DNA of 64,000 nt, taken from contig NC_043000.1 in the NCBI RefSeq assembly GCF_006345805.1, positions 6,696,001 through 6,760,000 on the forward strand, in the 5' to 3' direction. Position 1 is the stretch's first letter; each line of letters starts with the position of its first letter. This document shows positions 10,681 through 24,844 of this stretch, one piece after another. Source of the stretch: Octopus sinensis. Its lineage: Eukaryota. The notes beneath the pieces were generated by a model. That model was not told the origin of the DNA and did no database searches. It worked only from the letters and a program-made list of their open reading frames with translations. A program made the position numbers and the translations under genes.

Positions 10681-11569
10681 GATTTGATTACCATTTGTAA
10701 AGTGTTTATACGGTTCATCCCAATCAGCAGGAATGTTTGCTTTCTTGCTTTATGCTCTTGTTTGATGGGGTTGGGATCATCCCAGGTTTAATGGTTCCAG
10801 AGACATTATCATGTGAAGAGCTGAGCAGGTACTCCAACGATCTCCATCACAGGTGGTCCTATGCCAGCTCTTCTGCATCCTCCAAGGCAACATCGAGCCT
10901 CTGGTGTCTTTATGTGGGGATGTGCCTACATAAAGTATGAGGACTTGAATCATTTCACCAACTTCAAATACCAGACAGCTGCATTTATGCTGCATGCAGA
11001 GAAGTATGCTTCAAAAGAGGTCAGTTAAAACAAAAAATGATAGTAATTGAGAATAGCAACAATGACAGAAGCAATTGTCTCATAATCACCTTCAGATCCA
11101 TGAAGCCCCATTGCAGAAAACTTGTGGACTGTCAACTCCTGACAATCTGTAGCTAAAACTTAGAAGATACTTATCTGATGACTGTCAGTCATTTCCATGA
11201 TGCCAGCCTCAACATCACTGTCATTGCTATCAAGGTTATAGTTTACAGATTGGGTGGAGACTAATTGTATAAATACAGTTTCCTTAGCATAAGTAACTGG
11301 TCACAGGTTCAATATAAGCTCTGTTATGATGCTATTTCTGCAGATCAAATTTATTGTTGAAAGTGGGACCCAGCTACTTGATCAAAACATAAAAATTCTC
11401 TGGCACAGATGATGACCATATTCTGAATGTCTTACCAGAACAAGAAAAATTTTTCTGATAATTCTATTGCTAGAATTAAACCAGCTTTCTGATAACTCTG
11501 CTGCCTAGAGTTAAACCAGCTTTAAATGCATTCAGCAGCCATTGAACTTCATCATTCATCACACAGCAT

Positions 11570-12050
11570 CCTATCATCATCATCATCATCCAGTGTTTTA
11601 AGTCTGGGTTTTGTCCTTGTTGACAGGAGTGGCCAGATCTACCTCAATGCCATAGCAACCACCATCATGCCATCTTGCCCAGTTTTGGGCATCCTCATCC
11701 TTCTTCAAACCAACCCTCCCAATCTCCTCCCCCACCTGTCCCCTTCACCTTTTCTTGAGTTTACCTTGCTTTCATGCCCCATTTACCTCAGACGCAATCA
11801 CCCTCCTCAGAACATGCTCTTCATCTCTCCTCAATGCATACCCATACCACTTCACTCGATTCACCCTTGCTAACCATTCCACCGATTCCTCCAATCCCAG
11901 CATTCCCCTCAAATCCTCAGTCCACCTCTTATCAAACAGCTTCACCCTACACGTTTCTCTCACCATTGCTCTCTCATTCCTTCTCAAAATTCCCATCGCT
12001 CTCTCCCTCAGACACCATGTCTCACTCCCACACAGCATTGCAGCTCTCTT
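11570..12050 (-). mobile_element. RTE-type LINE 3' fragment with (GAT)n tail
   Basis: ORF 11772..12092 contains AMLCGSETWCLRE...RNERAMVR...VKWYGYALRRDEEHVLRR; the tail is the (CAT)n run at ~11570-11590. Confidence 0.85.
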
Positions 12051-12529
12051 ATAGAAAAAGAACCAGAGCAGTAGAAATGGGGAAATAGTCAATGAATGCC
12101 CAATGTTCCATAAAAATGCTTTCGATATTTTGGATCAAACTCAAAAGGATATCAGAGGAATAAATTCTCTGTTTGGCAAAGCAGCATAGCCAAAGCAGGA
12201 AACTTTTTATCAATACTGCCAACCATTCCAAATGAGAAAAGAGCTGACCAAAGGAGAAGCTGCCTTGATATTATCACATTTGTGCCGACATATTATGAAA
12301 CTTAAGTGGGAAACAAACATGAGAGCAAAGACCGGGACAGTTGGTTATGCCATCACCCCATCTCTCTCACCCTCAAATGAGCTTACTCCCCACCCCCACA
12401 CCGACTGGAGTGACCATGTGTCTCCTCTGCGGCAAGACACCTGTTTCTGTCCCTCTATCACACTCAAACCACCCAACACATGCCAGCATGGAGGCCAAAC
12501 ATTAAATGACGATGACGATGATGATGATG

Positions 12530-12592
<63 letters not shown>

Positions 12593-14091
12593 AGACTGAT
12601 TCCATTCCCAAAATATCTAACAGAAAATTTTACATCTCACACTGCTATCTACTCACCACTAAACAGAATCCTCCCATTCACCATAGCAAGCTATGGACTT
12701 GTTGTATATGTACAAGGTTTTTCCATGAGATAAAGATATATCCCTTATGTCTTGGCCCTTCCACATGACATAGCTTTTATGTTCACTCTTTATCCATCTC
12801 AGTTTCATAGTCACTGTTAAAATTGTATTTTAAATTGACAAAATCCTGACAGATTATCTATCTTCCAATATCCACATTTGATGTTTCAATGTTCACCCTA
12901 ACAACAAGTTCTATTCCAACGAAACTGATGAAGACGGCAGATGTTGCAAGATTTCTATGCAGCATGCAATCTAATACAAATTGTTGTTTCTCCAACTTAT
13001 TTTCCACATGTTGATAATAAAAATCTCAATTTGCTTAATCTCTTCCTGACTATATAGCCTAATCTGTATGTTGCAGCTTTGTAATCTCTGCTTGGTAGAT
13101 TAGATCACTTTTAGGCATGGTTGTTATTTAGATATATAACAAAATGTCTTTTGATGTGCTGTTCCATCAGGCTAAGTTCAAGTACTTTAATGCAGATTGG
13201 GAAGGATTCTATCCTTTTTTTCTGGTTGATGCCATACTTGATTATTTTTTCAGATTAAGGGCACCAAAATTTACATCTCTGATTGCTGACTGGATCTAGG
13301 TTGGATCAACAGTCCTGACCTACATAAAATATCAAAAACATTATAGAAAAGAGAGCCAAACTTCCTAATAGGCACCAGATAAGGAAACAGTAATACGGTT
13401 CATCTGAATAACTTGAGATGGAGATAAGTGTAAAATAACAATATATAGTAGTAGAAGCATGCTTAGAAAGTGAAGACTACTCAAAACTTAGAGCTGTATT
13501 TAGACAGTGTATCATGCACATGTGTAAAAAAAACACAGAAAGGAGAGTGAAGAGGCTCAGATTGAATTCAAGGCGAATAACCAGATTATGCTAGGTAACT
13601 AATTTTATTGTAGTGGCAGTAGAGGGCGTTACATGGCTGTGAAGGATTACAGATTGAAGGTCTGCTCTGACTGAAGGACTATTATTGATAATAGACCTGT
13701 AATCAAAGGAGTATCAGGCAAAAGTGTGATCAGTAATTAATGATTAGTTGTATTCTAGTCTTGGAAAGAGTCATCAAGAAGATTTTTAGGGATTTGTCTT
13801 CAACTGCAAATAACACTGTTAAGAGTATAAGGCTTCCAATAGAGATTGGTGGAGATGAATAACTCTAGAAAATATCCTCATCATCATCATCATCATCGTT
13901 ATCATCCTCATCACCATCATCATCATCATAATCACCACCACCGCTACCACCGTCATCATTTCATATCAACTCTTACGTGCTTGCATAGGTCAGACAGAAT
14001 TTGTTGAGGCAGATTTTCTATAGCTGGATGCCCTCCCTATCACCAACCCTAACCTGTTTCCAAGCAAGATAATATTTCCCCATGGCCAGAA

Positions 14092-14400
14092 AGGAATATT
14101 CAGCCATAATATATCTTTTTTATTAAATTTAGGGTTCGTAGAATTATTACTATTCATCTCACCGGAGTTATTGTATTTATTACCATTATTTTTATTTTTA
14201 TTTGTGTGCATCTTAGGTTTATCTACTTCGATATTATCCGAGTTACCTATGTTCTGGTCAATGCTTCTATTTGAATTGTTGGGCCTGTACGTTAGATTAG
14301 CGTCTACCGTTAATTTAATTCTACTTTTATTTCGGGCTTGGTCTGTATTGCTGCTTACGTGATTACTGATAACTTCTTTATTAGGAATACGTGAACTTTG
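14092..14400 (-). mobile_element. Penelope-like element fragment (Asn-rich linker between RT and GIY-YIG)
   Basis: Open minus frame of about 100 aa, N-rich, ending NPKFNKKDILWLNIP, similar to the Penelope R/KxxIIWFNPPF motif. Similarity judged by eye. Confidence 0.55.
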
Positions 14401-14816
14401 GAAATCTGTTTATGTTACTTAATTATCTACATTACTTCATGAGTATAGCCTCAACCACTAGGATGTCTAGAGAACTCACATGTATTTTAGCTGATGAGTA
14501 CGGGACACGTTTATATGCTGTAATTTTTGCAACTTTTAATAAAGCCTGTCCTTGTATGAAAAACCTATCCATTCTTGTTGCTTCTTTCTCGCGTATATAT
14601 ATATATATACATACATGCATATATATATATCTATATATATATATACACACAAATATACAATGGGCTTCTTTCAGTTTCCAATTACCAAATCTACTCACAA
14701 ACTTTTGGTTTTCTGGAGCTTCGGTTATAAAAACACTATATTTTTCTAAATTTGAATACTTATGCAAGGTCACACAAAGAATAACTCCAACATAGAAAAA
14801 GGAAGAAAGGTGAGAG

Positions 14817-14881
<65 letters not shown>

Positions 14882-15535
14882 GAGAAGGTGAGCCACAGAT
14901 TACAGATAAAAATAATAACTGTATGTTGGGTACTTTTATTTAAATATGTCTGAAACACCAAATACACTTGGCAAATGTTATGTAGACATCTTAATTCTTT
15001 CCTGGGAAAAGCCCATTTTAGGACATACTATTTAAGCTGCTATTCTCTTGAAAACTACAACCCTGAAGAAATTTTATGTGGAAGTCACAAGAAGTATTTT
15101 GTAATACTTCCTTATTTCAAGAGCTTAACAGAAACAGTCTATCTTATTTCCTTTGCAATATAACACACAATGATAACATTGTAACCAGATCAACATGACA
15201 TCAGGTTTCCTACTCTTCTCACTTCACAGGTGATATTATATTTCAACTTTAATATTCCTCCTGTAGAGTATTGTAGATGCGAATGGAATTATAATAAAAG
15301 ACTAAGACATTTATAAATGAAAAATAAAATTGCAGAACTCAGAATATATTTATTTCAAACAGTTCTTTCTTTAAATTGCTACATCCTAAGTAGCCAATAA
15401 TGTAAACCATAAGGTATTCTGCTGCCAAATGTAATCCCTACTGAACAGAAGCAAGAACAGTCTCATCTTTCATACAGAATACATTCTTAGATTTTCCACT
15501 TCACATTCAAAACACACACATGCATGCATACATGC

Positions 15536-15576
<41 letters not shown>

Positions 15577-16273
15577 ACATGCAAGCTGACACAGACAGGG
15601 TCTGTACATGATCACTCAACTTGCAGAAATAGCAACCATTTTCTCCCTCCAATTGCGACCTACCATCTTAAAAAAAAAGCGAAAAAAAATGAAAAAAAAC
15701 ACAGACACTTTGGATAATTTAATCCTAGGTATGGCATGCCTGAATAAAAGCTGGGGTGGTCACGACTAGAACAATCTGACCATTGATCTGCTTAAAGTAG
15801 GACCGGCTTAAGGGCATTTATATTTAATGGGTCTTTGAAAACAATAATAAATATAATTGATAGACCATAAAATTATAAATATCAAAACATGAAGATTACA
15901 TAATTGTGTGTTTTTCTATTTCATCTTATTTACTAATTTATTTTCCTCTGAATATATTGGAATCTATTGGAAGAAACAATGTAAAAATTTTATCTTACAA
16001 AGATTTATGGAAGTCACATTCAGCCCCCATCAATAACAGTTGAAATCTTTTATTTTTCTTTCTTGATATTCTTTTTAAATTTGTTAATGTACAATTAACA
16101 TCAAAGGAAAAATGACAACAATGTCTGTTTGCCATTTGATATGTCGTCTGTTATTTCCATTTAGCCGAGTGAGATACTCTCTTCAGTAAATCTTTTCCTA
16201 TATTTCTGGGCAATGTGTCTATTTATCTCACTACTTTGCACTTTTTCTTTCTCTCATACACACACACACTTTG

Positions 16274-16308
<35 letters not shown>

Positions 16309-16516
16309 TGTACACACACTCTCTCCCTCTCTCTCTCTCTCCCCTCCTTTCTCTCTTGAATGATGTAGCAGCATATATTTTCTTGTCACCCCTCACCTTC
16401 TCTGTATGTACTTTAGTTAACCCTCTCCTCTCCCTTCATCCAGCAGCCTCCCACACTCTTTTTTCAATTCTCTTCTTTTTTCTCTTTCTAAGTTTCTCAT
16501 TACACACACATCCCCA

Positions 16517-16560
<44 letters not shown>

Positions 16561-16881
16561 CTCCACACACACACACACACACACACATCTCCACACACAC
16601 ACACACACACACACACATGCATATACACAGACACAGATCAACAGACAGAACTGATTTTCTGTCTGACCTTGTTTGAACCCCACGAGATGCAATGCTTCTT
16701 TATTCGCAATGTTTTGAATTAATTGTGTTCCATCATTAATTGTGCTTTGAGATTTTGATGATGTGATTGTTTATTATTAGAATGACATTGTCGGGTAAGT
16801 ATGACAGACCAGCTCTGTCCAGTTTGAGCATAAAACAAGTAGAATATTTGGGTTGGATATGGCTAAAGGGTTTATATAAAA

Positions 16882-17219
16882 CTAGCAGTATCACCTGGCG
16901 TTGCTCGGGTTTGTAAGGGAAATAACTATATAAGCATTTTTAGAGAGTTATAGCCAAAAAATAGCAAAAAAATGGAAAAAAAATGATGGTAAATTTTTTT
17001 TTTAATCGTTGACTCATCGTAGACATTTTTAGAGAGTTACTTCCCTTATATAATAGCGAAAAAAATGCATTAAAATGGAAAATACCCAGAAGGGCTCGAT
17101 ATGAATCACGACTATAAGATACCTGGTTTTGGTTAAACTGCACCGCAAAATGTGGGAGTAGTTAGGAATCTAAATCGTAGGAGACAGACAGCACACAACC
17201 TCACTTTTATATATAAAGA
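16882..17219 (-). mobile_element. Non-autonomous Helitron (~338 bp)
   Basis: On the minus strand it starts A|TCTTTATATATAAAA and ends CCCGAGCAACGCCAGGTGATACTG-CTAG|T: 5' TC, 3' CTAG, an imperfect subterminal hairpin, an A|T insertion site and no TSD. Confidence 0.78.
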
Positions 17220-17712
17220 TGTTCATCAGAACATGCTTATTTAATATGAAATGTAAAGTATTTTACATTTGTCAGGCTCCATTGTCTACTTTGGTATGGT
17301 TTCCATGGCTTGGTACCCTTCCAAATACAAACTACTCTACAGAGTGTACTGGGTGTTTTTAATTAGGTGCAGGCATGGCTATGAGGGTAAGAAGATTGCT
17401 TCCGAACTGCATGATTTCAGGTTCAATCACACTGTGCAACACTTTGGCCAAGTGTCTTCTGTTAAAAATCTTGGGCCAATCAAAGCCTTCTCAGTGGATT
17501 TGGTCTGCTGAAGTTCTATCATGCATATATGTGTATGTGAAAGTGTTTGTGCTTCCATAATAGTATCTATATATACGCACATGCGTAATTCTTTTGGGAG
17601 AATGGTGGAGCTGGAAGCAAACAAGCTATAAATAAGAACATATAAATATTGGGTTTAAAACACTGCCCCATGAAACTTGAACCCACATTTCCAGTGAAGC
17701 CCTCAACATTTC

Positions 17713-17753
<41 letters not shown>

Positions 17754-18008
17754 AAATTATGCAGGCTGGAGGAGAAAGTGCTTTCTCCAGCTTCAGAATT
17801 TCCAAACCCAAAGGGTCCAACATCAAAAGTAGATAAGATGAAGACAAGAAAAGAACCCAACGGAACAACAGCCATTGTTCCCATTGTGATTTCTCAGCCG
17901 GATCCTGTTCTGGATTAATAGGCCAGACTCACGCTTATATCCACATTGCCTTTGGTGGCTGAGGAGTCATATGAGGAGTCATCGGGTGAATTGTAAACAT
18001 TGGTGAAC

Positions 18009-18046
<38 letters not shown>

Positions 18047-18160
18047 TAGTAGTGCGAAGGTGTTATTGATTGTCTTTTTGGTTGGATTTTTTTTATCTGT
18101 CTACTCACTGAACACTCATGACTCGTCTTCAATGGGAGAGTTCATCATGTGTGTGTGTCT

Positions 18161-18197
<37 letters not shown>

Positions 18198-18273
18198 CTA
18201 GAGTACCTGAGCTGTCAATAATGACTGAGCTATTATAGGAAAATGTATATGATAAAGGTTACTAATGAGAGTA

Positions 18274-18560
18274 GTGGAGGCACATGGCCTAGTGGTTAGA
18301 GCAGTGGACTCGTGGTCGAGGGATCGTGGGTTCGAATCTCAGACCGGGCAATGTGTGTGTTTATGAGCAAAACACCTAAGCTCCACGTGGCTCCGGCAGA
18401 AGGTAATGGCGAACTTCTGCTGACTCTTTCGCCTCAACTTTCTCTCACTCTTTCCTCCTGCAACTTGCAGCTCACCTGTAACAGACCGGTGTCCCGTCCA
18501 GGTGGGGAACCTATACGCCTTATGAGCCAGGGATGGCTCGAGAAGAAACAAAAAAAAAAA
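18274..18560 (+). mobile_element. Full-length tRNA-derived SINE with a perfect 13-bp TSD
   Basis: A box TGGCCTAGTGG, B box GGTTCGAATC and an A-rich tail. ACTAATGAGAGTA lies at both 18261-18273 and 18561-18573. Confidence 0.92.
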
Positions 18561-18959
18561 ACTAATGAGAGTACAAGGTTGCTTATAAAAATGCCAAAAT
18601 AACAGGAAAATAAGAATATTAAAATTTATCACTCCCCAAATATTATATAGACTTGATTACTTTTATAATGTACAATATATTATAGTTAATGATTCACATG
18701 TTATTCAACTTTATGTTATTTTCTCCACTAAACACTCAACATAAATTCACAAATGTTGTACATGTATATGTATCCAAACTTCCAAAATATATGCATATTT
18801 ACACTTGAGTACATGATCTTACAAACAGGTTATATACATACATTTTCTGAAGGTTATCAAGTAACAACTGGTTTATTTTATGCAAAATCTGCACATCTGC
18901 AACATATTCGACAAATCCTGTGCAAAAAATATACAAAATAAGTATTATTATTCGCTTTC

Positions 18960-19170
18960 ACAAGGTGGTGAGCTGGCAGAATTGTTAGCACACTGGGCTA
19001 AATGCTTAGCGGTATTTCATTTGTCTGCACATTCTGGGTTCAATTTCCACCAAGGTCAGTTTTGCCTTTCATCCTTCCAGGGTCAATAAAATAAGTACCA
19101 GTTGAGCACTGGGGCTGACGTAACTGACTTAGCTCCTTCCCTGAAACTGCTGGCCTTGTACCAAAATTTT
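18960..19170 (+). mobile_element. SINE family 2 (GGTGAGCTGGCAGAA... head)
   Basis: Shares GAGCTGGCAGAA...TTGCCTTTCATCC...AAATAAGTACCAGT...CTGGGG with copies at ~32215-32860, ~40800-41030(-), ~48920-49110(-), ~60500-60670(-) and 63646-64000. Confidence 0.8.
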
Positions 19171-19776
19171 AAACCATCATTATTCACTTTCATGGCAGAA
19201 GTTCCTGATTATATTCCTTGTTTAGACATGAAGAGGCACCAACACACCTCAGCTCTTTTAAATTTCAATCTATAATTTCAAATTATTTTCATTCTTTGTT
19301 CTGTTCAATCAGGAAATACATACATGTAAATAGGCCAAAGTTGGATGCATGATACATCTCAAAAAGCAATAGTAGAATATTTGAAGCAAATGATGTGCAT
19401 ACACACACACTCACACTCACACCCACACACATACACATACATACATCTATCTACATAACAGTCCACTAACTATTCTACTCTACATGTGTAAACTGTGGGT
19501 ATGGCAGTATGATATCCACTATGTATATTTCCTATATAGTATTGGGGAAGTTTCATTTATAAGGACATACTCCCGCATTTGTCTGAGTGTTGGGTCTTTT
19601 GGGGTGCTTGGCTAAGTTGTGGATGTCAAGTTGACTTTTTTTTTCTTGTATGTAAGCATATGGATATGAAAATAAACAGATCAACATAGAGACAGATAGG
19701 TACGTAGGTTATATGAACAGACAAGCACAAATAGGCAAATTGAAGTAAATGAATTAATAGTGGAATAAATGTAAAT

Positions 19777-20852
19777 ATATTTGGTTGATCAAAAAATCCA
19801 TTCAGTTTTTTTATGCAAAAAGAAGACAAGTTTTAAAAACAAAGTGATTTATTCAATCAATGATACAATAACCATTTTGTTTCAATATCTTCTGCTATTT
19901 TGTGGGCAGAATTTTCCGTCTTTACTTGAGCAAAACTTTTCCAGGTGAATTTTTACATCCTCTTCAGGATGTAAAATAAATTTTGAAGAAACAGGGAGAA
20001 ATCTGAAGGCAAATATGGAGGAGGGTGTGACAAAACCTCCCAGCTGAGCCCCAGTCATTTCTGTCACATCTGCAAAGAAGTGTGCAGCCTAGTATTGTCG
20101 TAATGAAAGATGATGCCCTAATAACCAGCAAGTGCTGGCTGTTTCTGGCAGACTGCACTGCTTAATTTGTTCAGCTAGTCACTGTATACACCTGAATTGA
20201 TGGCCCTGTCTGTGGGAAGAAGCTAAAAAAAAACCACCTTTCCAATCCCACTAAATTGAAAGCATAACTTTCTTTGGGTGAAGTCCTGCTTCAAAGGTTG
20301 TTTATGGTGGTTCACTCCACTTCCTCCTTGATTGTTTGTGCTTCAAATTGCTATAGACAATCCATTTTCCATCCCCTGTCACCATTCTAGTAGAAAAAAG
20401 TATAATTTTCTTCATGTTTCTGCAACAAATCACAGATGGAAACCCATTGGGTGAGGTTAGCCTGATACAATTGATGTAGAACCCAAACATCAAGCTTGCT
20501 GACATAACCAAGTTGATGCAGATGGTTTTTGGGGATATCATCAGCAATCATCGAGGGTCATATAATGGGGGTCAATGTCATGGTTAATATCAGTTGACCA
20601 GCTAAAGAGAGGTGCATCTTGAACCCAAAATTTTCCCAATCGAATTCTTGAAAACCTCTCCTGGCACACTCCTAGTTTTCCATTTTCAGGGTGATCCCAA
20701 GTGCACAAAATACAAGCTGTCTCATAACAAATTCCTGTCAAACTATGTTGAAGTGTCAAGTATCTAACAAGCATGCATGCACAGGGCAGAGACTAAAGTG
20801 CATGAAGTTTAGTGCCAACAATAACTGAACAGACTTTTTGGCCAACCTAATA
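19777..20852 (-). mobile_element. Degenerate near-full-length mariner element
   Basis: Diverged TIRs (TATTTGGTTGATCAAAAAATCC and TATTAGGTTGGCCAAAAAGTC). Minus frames give MVTGDGKWIVY (WVTGDEKW-like) and EEDVKIHLEKFCSSKDGKF, with many stops and frameshifts. Confidence 0.75.
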
Positions 20853-21056
20853 GAAACAATTTTACATTAAACTGATGGAGTACTCAATACTTTTTGTAGA
20901 GTACATATTTACTATTCTCTGACAAGAATAGTATTGACAGTGACTTCAAAGTTTTGGCTTGGTAAACCATCATTGGACTGTTTGATGATAGTTTAGCAAG
21001 CTGAAACTTCAAAGTTACTATCAATACTAATCCTGTGAAAGAATAATACGCACATT

Positions 21057-21090
<34 letters not shown>

Positions 21091-22876
21091 ATCAGTAGTT
21101 CATGTATTCAAAAACATAGTTTATATATCCCAAAAACCAGCACTCTCTAAAGTATTAAAGCAGTAAAGCTAAGAGTTTTATAGGTGCAAAACCAATCGTC
21201 ACTCTATGACTGCCCATAACTTTTAACTTCCTGACCATTTTCTTTCTCCGTCTTCCCTTCTTTGGACTTTTTCTATATTTCTGATGAAGAACTCTGCTCA
21301 AAATGTGAAATCCTCTTTCTTTTCTTTCCTTACCTGAGCATCCAACAACACTGTACTTATTCCACATCCTCACGATGTTGTTTTTTCTTGCTTGTTCATG
21401 TTTGGATTGATTATATATATATAAATACACCCAAGTACCTCAATTTCATCTACTAATTATTTCAGTCTACTAGAGGGCTAAAGGTAGAATGAGGTATTTT
21501 TGCCTCTTGGCTGAAAGAGCTGAAAGATATTTTCCCAGTTTCTATTCCTGTATGTTATATATTTTAATAATTACTGGTATCTTTATAAAGCATAATATGT
21601 TATATGTATGTATATTCTTGTAATTGTCATTTTAGTAAATAAATAAATAAATTGACATAATATAATGTCTAAAAGTTGATGAACCAACTATTGATCCCCT
21701 CCATTTTCTTATTGCTCTCTCTCTCTCTCTATATATATATATGAAAATTACTTAAGTCGAATTCATTTGTCTCTATGCTAGGCTAAATTTACTTGTCTCT
21801 GGGCTAAACTGATAATAATCATTCCCAATTCTGTACTTTAATTAGGAATGCATTTTCAATAATACATGGTTAATAAAAGCCATGTGGGCTAAAATCTTGT
21901 CCTTATTATGTACAATCGTCGATACACTTGTCCGACTCATCCCAAAATCAAGCAATTGCTACCACTTTTTCACCTTTTTCATGGCGTTTTACTATAGCCA
22001 GTTTATTTTCCAGAATTATAGCATGATGCTTGTCACTTTCAAAATGAATTTTCTTAGGATCCATGGGGGCAAAAAATAAAGTCACGATTGAATGAGAATG
22101 AGAAAGTAGCTGAATTCAAGACAATTGCAAGAATCATGAGTGACAACGATGGCTAATGGTAGTTATTGGAACTACAGTGCAATATGAGCTCTGAAAGACC
22201 AATAAATAAGACAACACAGCTGATTTCATGATTTCGTTCACTAAGCTACACTACTTTATGGTGAGTATCTTAACATTTACAGTATGCATTTTAATATGAT
22301 TTTATATGCATTTATTCTTATTTATTTTACAGTAACATGATTTTATGTGCTTTTAAAGGTTTTCTAGTGATTTTACAATTCCAGGATTTGTGGCAGACAG
22401 ATGTAAAGCTGAGTAAAATGACTTAACTTGATTGTCATTTTTCCATATATTATATTTGAAAACCGATGTATAATTGACAACAACTTAAATTGAAATGACT
22501 TAAGTCGAGGTATGCCTGTACATATACATCACTTCAGGTCATTTCCTCATGTTAATCCCTACACATTTTGTCTCTCTTCATTTTTTACCTCTCAATCCTT
22601 TCTGTCAAAGCGCTTAAGCTTGAAACATTTAAGACTTTTCCATTCTTCCCAAGTGTCAAAGTTATATACCTGTTTGCTGTTCCTTCACCAGTCTTCGTCT
22701 TTTGTTTTCTGTAAAGTTGAACTATATATATATGTCATCATCATCGTATAATGTCCGCTTTCTCAGTTTGGCTGAGGACTGGCAAGCCAGGAGGCTGAAC
22801 CAGACTCCAAACTGATCTGGTAAAGTTTCTACAGCTGGATGCCCTTCCTAATGCCAACCACTCCAAGAGTGTAGTG

Positions 22877-23275
22877 GGTGCTTTTTACATTCCACCGGCA
22901 TGGGGGCTAGTCAGGTGGCACTGGCATCAACCACACCCAAATGGTGCTTTTTACATGCCACCACCATGGGGGCCAGTCAGGTGACACTGACATCAACCAC
23001 GCTTGAATGGTGCTTTTTACATGCCACCAGCATGGGAGGCAGTCAGGTGGCACTGGCATCAACCACACCCAAATGGTGCTTTTTACATGCCACCAGCATG
23101 GGAGGCAGTCAGGCAACACTGATGTCAACCACGCTCGAATGATGCTTTTTAAGTGCCACCAGTACAGGAGCCAGTCAAGCAGCACTGACATCGACCGACC
23201 ACGCTCGAATGGTGCTTTTCACATGCCGCCAGCCCCAGCATGGGAGCCAGTCAGGCGGCACTGGCATCAGCCATG
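22877..23275 (+). repeat. 66-bp minisatellite, about 6 copies, inside a dispersed repeat
   Basis: The unit GGTGCTTTTTACATGCCACCAGCATGGGAGGCAGTCAGGTGGCACTGGCATCAACCACACCCAAAT is repeated head to tail. The same family occurs with fewer units at ~30700-31030(-) and ~49780-50140(-). Confidence 0.9.
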
Positions 23276-23566
23276 ACTGGCTCAACAGGTCTTTTCAAGC
23301 AGAGCATAACTAATTTCTGTACAGTTTCCATCTGCTTATTTTCTATGATAGAAATACTGAGACATCTATTTTCTATATTCTTAATGTGCTTATACTGCAT
23401 GGAATCCATCTGTTTGGTAGGGTATATTATTTCATCTTATCATGACAAAATTCAGTATGATATCTCATTTATTTATTAATTTGTACTATTGCAATAATGA
23501 TTTTTATCAAATAAATTCAGTGACCATATCAATATCATTTGCTGAAATAGTGTTATTGCTGCCTCT

Positions 23567-23648
<82 letters not shown>

Positions 23649-23895
23649 ACACCCCCCTCTCTCTCTCTTCTTCTCTCTCTCTGACAAAATTTGAGCCTTT
23701 CTATATTCTTGTTTCTGTTTCACAGCAAAATTTCTTAATCATCCAATGACTTCTGTCTGATTACAAATGTACAATTCTCAGTTTGTTGCCATTTGAAGAT
23801 GAACTATAAATAAATTATGTGAGCTGAATGTCAAGGATTGCTAAGCTTGTTCAATAGTGATTGAACATACATACATATATATGTACGTATATCTG

Positions 23896-23974
<79 letters not shown>

Positions 23975-24083
23975 CTATCTATCTATATACATACATACAT
24001 ACATATATACATATGTATATGTGTATATATGTATGTATGCCAGCATGGAAAACGGACGTTAAACGATGATGATGATGATGATG

Positions 24084-24150
<67 letters not shown>

Positions 24151-24268
24151 GTAAGTATGTACATGTACGTATGTATATATGCATATATATTTATATATAT
24201 ATATGTATATGTATGTGTAAATATATATCTACATATATATACATATATATATATGCACACACACACAA

Positions 24269-24338
<70 letters not shown>

Positions 24339-24508
24339 CAATATATAGGCATAGACATGGCTGTCTAGTTTAGAAGCTTGCATCTCAAGAAAGATGAAAC
24401 ATTCTGTTGTTCTTGTGAGGCACTGCAACTATGATGTTCCTCTCAGTCTTGATATATATTGTATTTTCAAATGACTGAAACAAATAAAAGAGAGTAAAAG
24501 AGAGAAAT

Positions 24509-24544
<36 letters not shown>

Positions 24545-24549
24545 GTGCC

Positions 24550-24583
<34 letters not shown>

Positions 24584-24677
24584 GATATATATGTACACAT
24601 ATATATATATATATAAAATTAGAAAAAAAACCAACCTTTTATCAATTCAAAATGAACAATTAAATTACACCATCCAG

Positions 24678-24844
24678 AAAATTACATATAATAGAAATAT
24701 TAACATTAAAATAACCATAAAATGTCAAAGATTAAGTAAATTGCGAAAAAATAATAATGTTATTATTATTATTTTTTAGCAGTTTACTTAATCTTTGACA
24801 TTTTATTGTTATTTTAATGTTAATAATTCTATTATATGTAATTT
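24678..24844. repeat. AT-rich inverted repeat with ~80-bp arms and a short spacer
   Basis: AAAATTACATATAATAGAA...GTCAAAGATTAAGTAAA is present on both strands. The ORF track shows near-identical peptides (KITYNRxINIKITIKCQRLSKL) on + and -. Confidence 0.92.

Noticed and set aside
18274-18350. tRNA gene
   Set aside because: The A/B boxes are the head of a SINE that has a body, an A tail and a TSD; no complete cloverleaf or acceptor stem is evident.
19930-19990. CTGAAGA-GGATG...GAAAAG hammerhead-like motif on the minus strand
   Set aside because: It lies in frame within mariner transposase remnant sequence (HPEEDVKIHLEKF) and has no proper stems.
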